A stretch of 1,510 nucleotides of DNA, taken from contig CAZSAD010000071.1 in the NCBI GenBank assembly GCA_964604995.1, positions 1 through 1,510 of the forward strand, given 5' to 3'. Shown here piece after piece: positions 1-1,510 of this stretch (positions are counted from its first letter, which is position 1; every line of letters begins with the position of its first letter). The position numbers were made by a program, and so were the translations under genes. Source of the DNA: an uncultured Methanosarcinales archaeon (GTDB lineage: Archaea > Nanobdellota > Nanobdellia > Woesearchaeales > JABMPP01). The notes under the pieces are model-generated. The model had not been told where the DNA came from, did no database searches, and worked only from the letters and a program-made list of their open reading frames with translations.

Positions 1-200
1 AAAAGACCCTTGTTGAATATGCAAAGAATTATAACGTTCCAGATTTATTAGAAGCAAAAACAGCAATACAAATGAATGACGAATTTCATAGAGTAAGCGA
101 TAGGATAAATCAAGAGCTTGGAAAATTAGAGCCAAATAAGATATTTTTTGAGTGGGAAGAATCTTTGAAAAAATATATAAAATTAAATTACAAAATTTAA
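1..200 (+). CDS. Partial CDS (3' end), hypothetical protein
   Basis: Frame 3 is open from the window edge to TAA at 198-200: KTLVEYAKNYNVPDLLEAKTAIQMNDEFHRVSDRINQELGKLEPNKIFFEWEESLKKYIKLNYKI* (65 aa, manually translated, not in the supplied ORF track). Its stop lies 7 nt before the next ATG, suggesting co-transcription. No family recognised. Confidence 0.75.
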   Translation, partial: KTLVEYAKNYNVPDLLEAKTAIQMNDEFHRVSDRINQELGKLEPNKIFFEWEESLKKYIKLNYKI

Positions 201-207
201 AAATTTA

Positions 208-1317
208 ATGCAAAAAGACGAAATAAAGAGGAGATTAATTTTAATTCTAAATGTATTTAAAGAAGATGCAATTGAAGCACTGGACTCAACACATGAAAAT
301 TTCTCTATAGATATGGAAGAAACAAATAAAGATATTTTAGATGAATTTGGGTTTTCAATTAAAATTTACTCAAAAGTCAAAAAAGTCAAAATATTTTCAA
401 CAGTAGAACCTGTTTTGTTTGTAGAATTAACCACATTTTGTGAAGTTAAAGATAGACAAGAATTATTGCCATATTCAGCAAATATAGAAATAATTAATCC
501 AGACAGTAAAAAAGATGTAGCTTACATATTAGAAAAGATAAACCCAGAACTAATAAAATTAAGAGAAACTATATCAAACGAATTTAAAATTTCAGAAGAT
601 TCAATAAAAATAAAAAACAACATAGTTAAGATCACAATAGTTAAAAAATTTCACAGTGATAAAAATTGGATAATATTGCCTGGAAATGACAAAGTAGGAA
701 ATTCTTCTTATCCAACTATTTTAATTTCTATAGAAAAATTTTATTTTCATAAAAATTGGGATGAATGTCAGGAATTACTTTATAAAAATGGAGAATTTAT
801 GCTTACAGTAAGGCAGTTTGTTGACTTTCTAAATTTATTAATATCAGGCGATGTAAAATATGCAAATGGAGAAAAAGTTCCTAAAAAAGAAGCAGAAAGA
901 ATATTGAATGAAATAATAGGGGTAGAAAATATACAAAGAGGTGAATGGCTTGATGCAAGGTTTATAGATAAAGAAAGACAAAGTTACATAGTTTATCATA
1001 AAGTAAACGCTAAAGGGCAAATAGCAGAAATTACAGAGCCATTAAATTGTCTAATAAAAGATAGAACACCAGGAATAGATTTAAATTCCTGGCTGGAAAC
1101 TGCTACTTATCAAGGCCTTCCTTTAAGTGACATTAAAAACGGCAGTTTGTATTATTGGAGTCCAAAAAAAAATTGTGTCGCTAGGTTCTGGGCTGATTCT
1201 TATTGTGTTCACCTGTTCTGCGACTGGAATCCGACTAGCTCGAATGACGATCTCGGAGTACGTCGCGCAAAAATTTTAGGCAATAGTTTATTGCTAAAAA
1301 ATAATAAATACAAATAA
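208..1317 (+). CDS. 369-aa putative DGR target (variable) protein: unknown N-terminal domain plus C-terminal CLec/FGE-like domain
   Basis: Long ORF with purine-rich, A-ending codon bias. The C-terminal half has motifs in CLec order: NWDECQELL (from aa 183), MLTVRQF (from aa 198; equivalent to RLPTxxEW), RGEWLD (from aa 244; equivalent to the WEW motif) and YYWS...VARFWAD...SSNDDLGVRR (LGVR at aa 349-352; equivalent to the terminal GFR strand). The ORF is solid. The fold assignment is by motif recognition, not a database search. Confidence 0.75.
   Translation: MQKDEIKRRLILILNVFKEDAIEALDSTHENFSIDMEETNKDILDEFGFSIKIYSKVKKVKIFSTVEPVLFVELTTFCEVKDRQELLPYSANIEIINPDSKKDVAYILEKINPELIKLRETISNEFKISEDSIKIKNNIVKITIVKKFHSDKNWIILPGNDKVGNSSYPTILISIEKFYFHKNWDECQELLYKNGEFMLTVRQFVDFLNLLISGDVKYANGEKVPKKEAERILNEIIGVENIQRGEWLDARFIDKERQSYIVYHKVNAKGQIAEITEPLNCLIKDRTPGIDLNSWLETATYQGLPLSDIKNGSLYYWSPKKNCVARFWADSYCVHLFCDWNPTSSNDDLGVRRAKILGNSLLLKNNKYK
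1171..1268 (+). mobile_element. Putative DGR variable repeat (VR)
   Basis: 1174-1268 has 50 G+C in 95 nt (~53%) in an otherwise very AT-rich gene. It has 9 CpG versus 5 counted in 208-1170. The 28 consecutive codons at 1171-1254 include none ending in A (22 NNY, 6 NNG), whereas 11 of 20 codons at 241-300 end in A. It lies near the 3' end of a CLec-like gene. No second copy (TR) in the window. Confidence 0.7.
1252..1268 (+). promoter_or_regulatory. Putative GC-rich/IMH (initiation of mutagenic homing) segment at the 3' end of the VR
   Basis: CTCGGAGTACGTCGCGC encodes LGVRRA and is the most GC-rich tract in the window. It sits at the VR 3' boundary just upstream of a hairpin. Exact IMH limits cannot be set without the TR. 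Confidence 0.45.
1274..1299. repeat. Inverted repeat / hairpin immediately downstream of the putative VR
   Basis: TTTTA-G-GCAATA-GTT-TATTGC-TAAAA: perfect 6-bp core (1280-1285 with 1289-1294) and 3-nt loop (1286-1288), extendable to 11 bp (1274-1278 with 1295-1299) with one bulged G. Confidence 0.6.
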
Positions 1318-1359
1318 CATAATTTTTCTTTAGCTACAATATTTAAAATTTTTTATATA
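1318..1359. terminator. 42-nt AT-rich spacer between convergent genes with T-tracts (possible oligo-T terminator)
   Basis: TTTTTCTTT (1323-1331) follows the TAA at 1315-1317, and a second T-run lies at 1349-1354. There is no GC-rich stem, so this fits archaeal-type oligo-T termination, but it is weak given the AT background. Confidence 0.3.
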
Positions 1360-1510
1360 TTATTTATATATATGAGTTTGTAAGAATTTTTTTAGAGCTG
1401 GTGGATTTTTAAAACCATTAATGAATTGAGCATAAGCTGCTCCTGCATGCATTAAATAATTATCTAGTCCATATATAACTTCACTTTCTAAAAATTTACC
1501 AAATGTCCTG
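1360..1510 (-). CDS. Partial CDS (3' end) of a convergent gene, hypothetical protein
   Basis: Reverse-strand frame open from 1509 to TAA at 1362-1360: RTFGKFLESEVIYGLDNYLMHAGAAYAQFINGFKNPPALKKFLQTHIYK* (49 aa, manually translated). Protein-like composition, and the + strand purine skew seen in the upstream genes is lost here. No family recognised. Confidence 0.65.
   Translation of the reverse strand, partial: RTFGKFLESEVIYGLDNYLMHAGAAYAQFINGFKNPPALKKFLQTHIYK

Noticed and set aside
1..200. Upstream helical peptide (…RINQELGKL…) as a possible Avd/four-helix-bundle accessory protein
   Set aside because: The resemblance is limited to ELGK. The following GGW-like motif is absent and the tail continues ~24 aa, so it cannot be supported.
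192..207. Tandem AAAATTTA x2 spanning the gene junction
   Set aside because: Pure A/T low-complexity sequence with no evidence for an operator or target-site duplication.
313..315. Alternative start ATG (MEETNK…)
   Set aside because: Codon usage at 208-312 is coding-like and the ATG at 208 abuts the upstream stop, so 208 is preferred, though not proven.
372..389. Tandem AAAAGTCAA x2 (encoding KVKKVK)
   Set aside because: Only two 9-nt units in A-rich coding DNA, compatible with chance or minor slippage. Not an array.
1174..1268. GC-rich block as a tRNA/ncRNA or CRISPR remnant
   Set aside because: No cloverleaf or T-loop motif, no long self-complementary stems and no repeat-spacer periodicity. 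It is in frame and encodes a coherent CLec-type C-terminal motif.
1349..1375. TTTATATA TATA-box-like motifs followed by ATG at 1372
   Set aside because: The ATG frame closes at once (ATG AGT TTG TAA), and the region is the junction of two convergent gene ends. It is better explained as an AT-rich spacer plus the - strand gene's last codons.
1444..1451. Palindrome TGCATGCA
   Set aside because: An 8-bp palindrome inside the - strand CDS (M-H-A codons), expected by chance.
1318..1510. Searched for a template repeat (A-rich copy of 1171-1268) downstream and elsewhere on both strands
   Set aside because: No similar sequence was found by eye, and the downstream region is explained by the - strand CDS.

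Overview
AT-rich prokaryotic window with three tightly packed coding regions: the 3' end of an upstream + strand gene (<1..200), a complete 369-aa + strand gene (208..1317) and the 3' end of a convergent - strand gene (1360..>1510). The main signal is in the 369-aa gene. Its C-terminal ~200 aa carries motifs resembling the C-type-lectin (CLec/FGE-like) fold of diversity-generating retroelement (DGR) target proteins. A ~95-nt block near its 3' end (1174-1268) shifts abruptly to ~53% GC, is CpG-rich and lacks A-ending codons, ends in a GC-rich LGVR-coding tract and is followed by a hairpin. This fits a DGR variable repeat (VR) plus IMH and hairpin. No template repeat (TR), reverse transcriptase or Avd is visible in the window, so it may be a remote (trans-diversified) or orphaned DGR target fused to an unrecognised N-terminal domain. 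The DGR call rests on pattern recognition and needs the TR to be confirmed.
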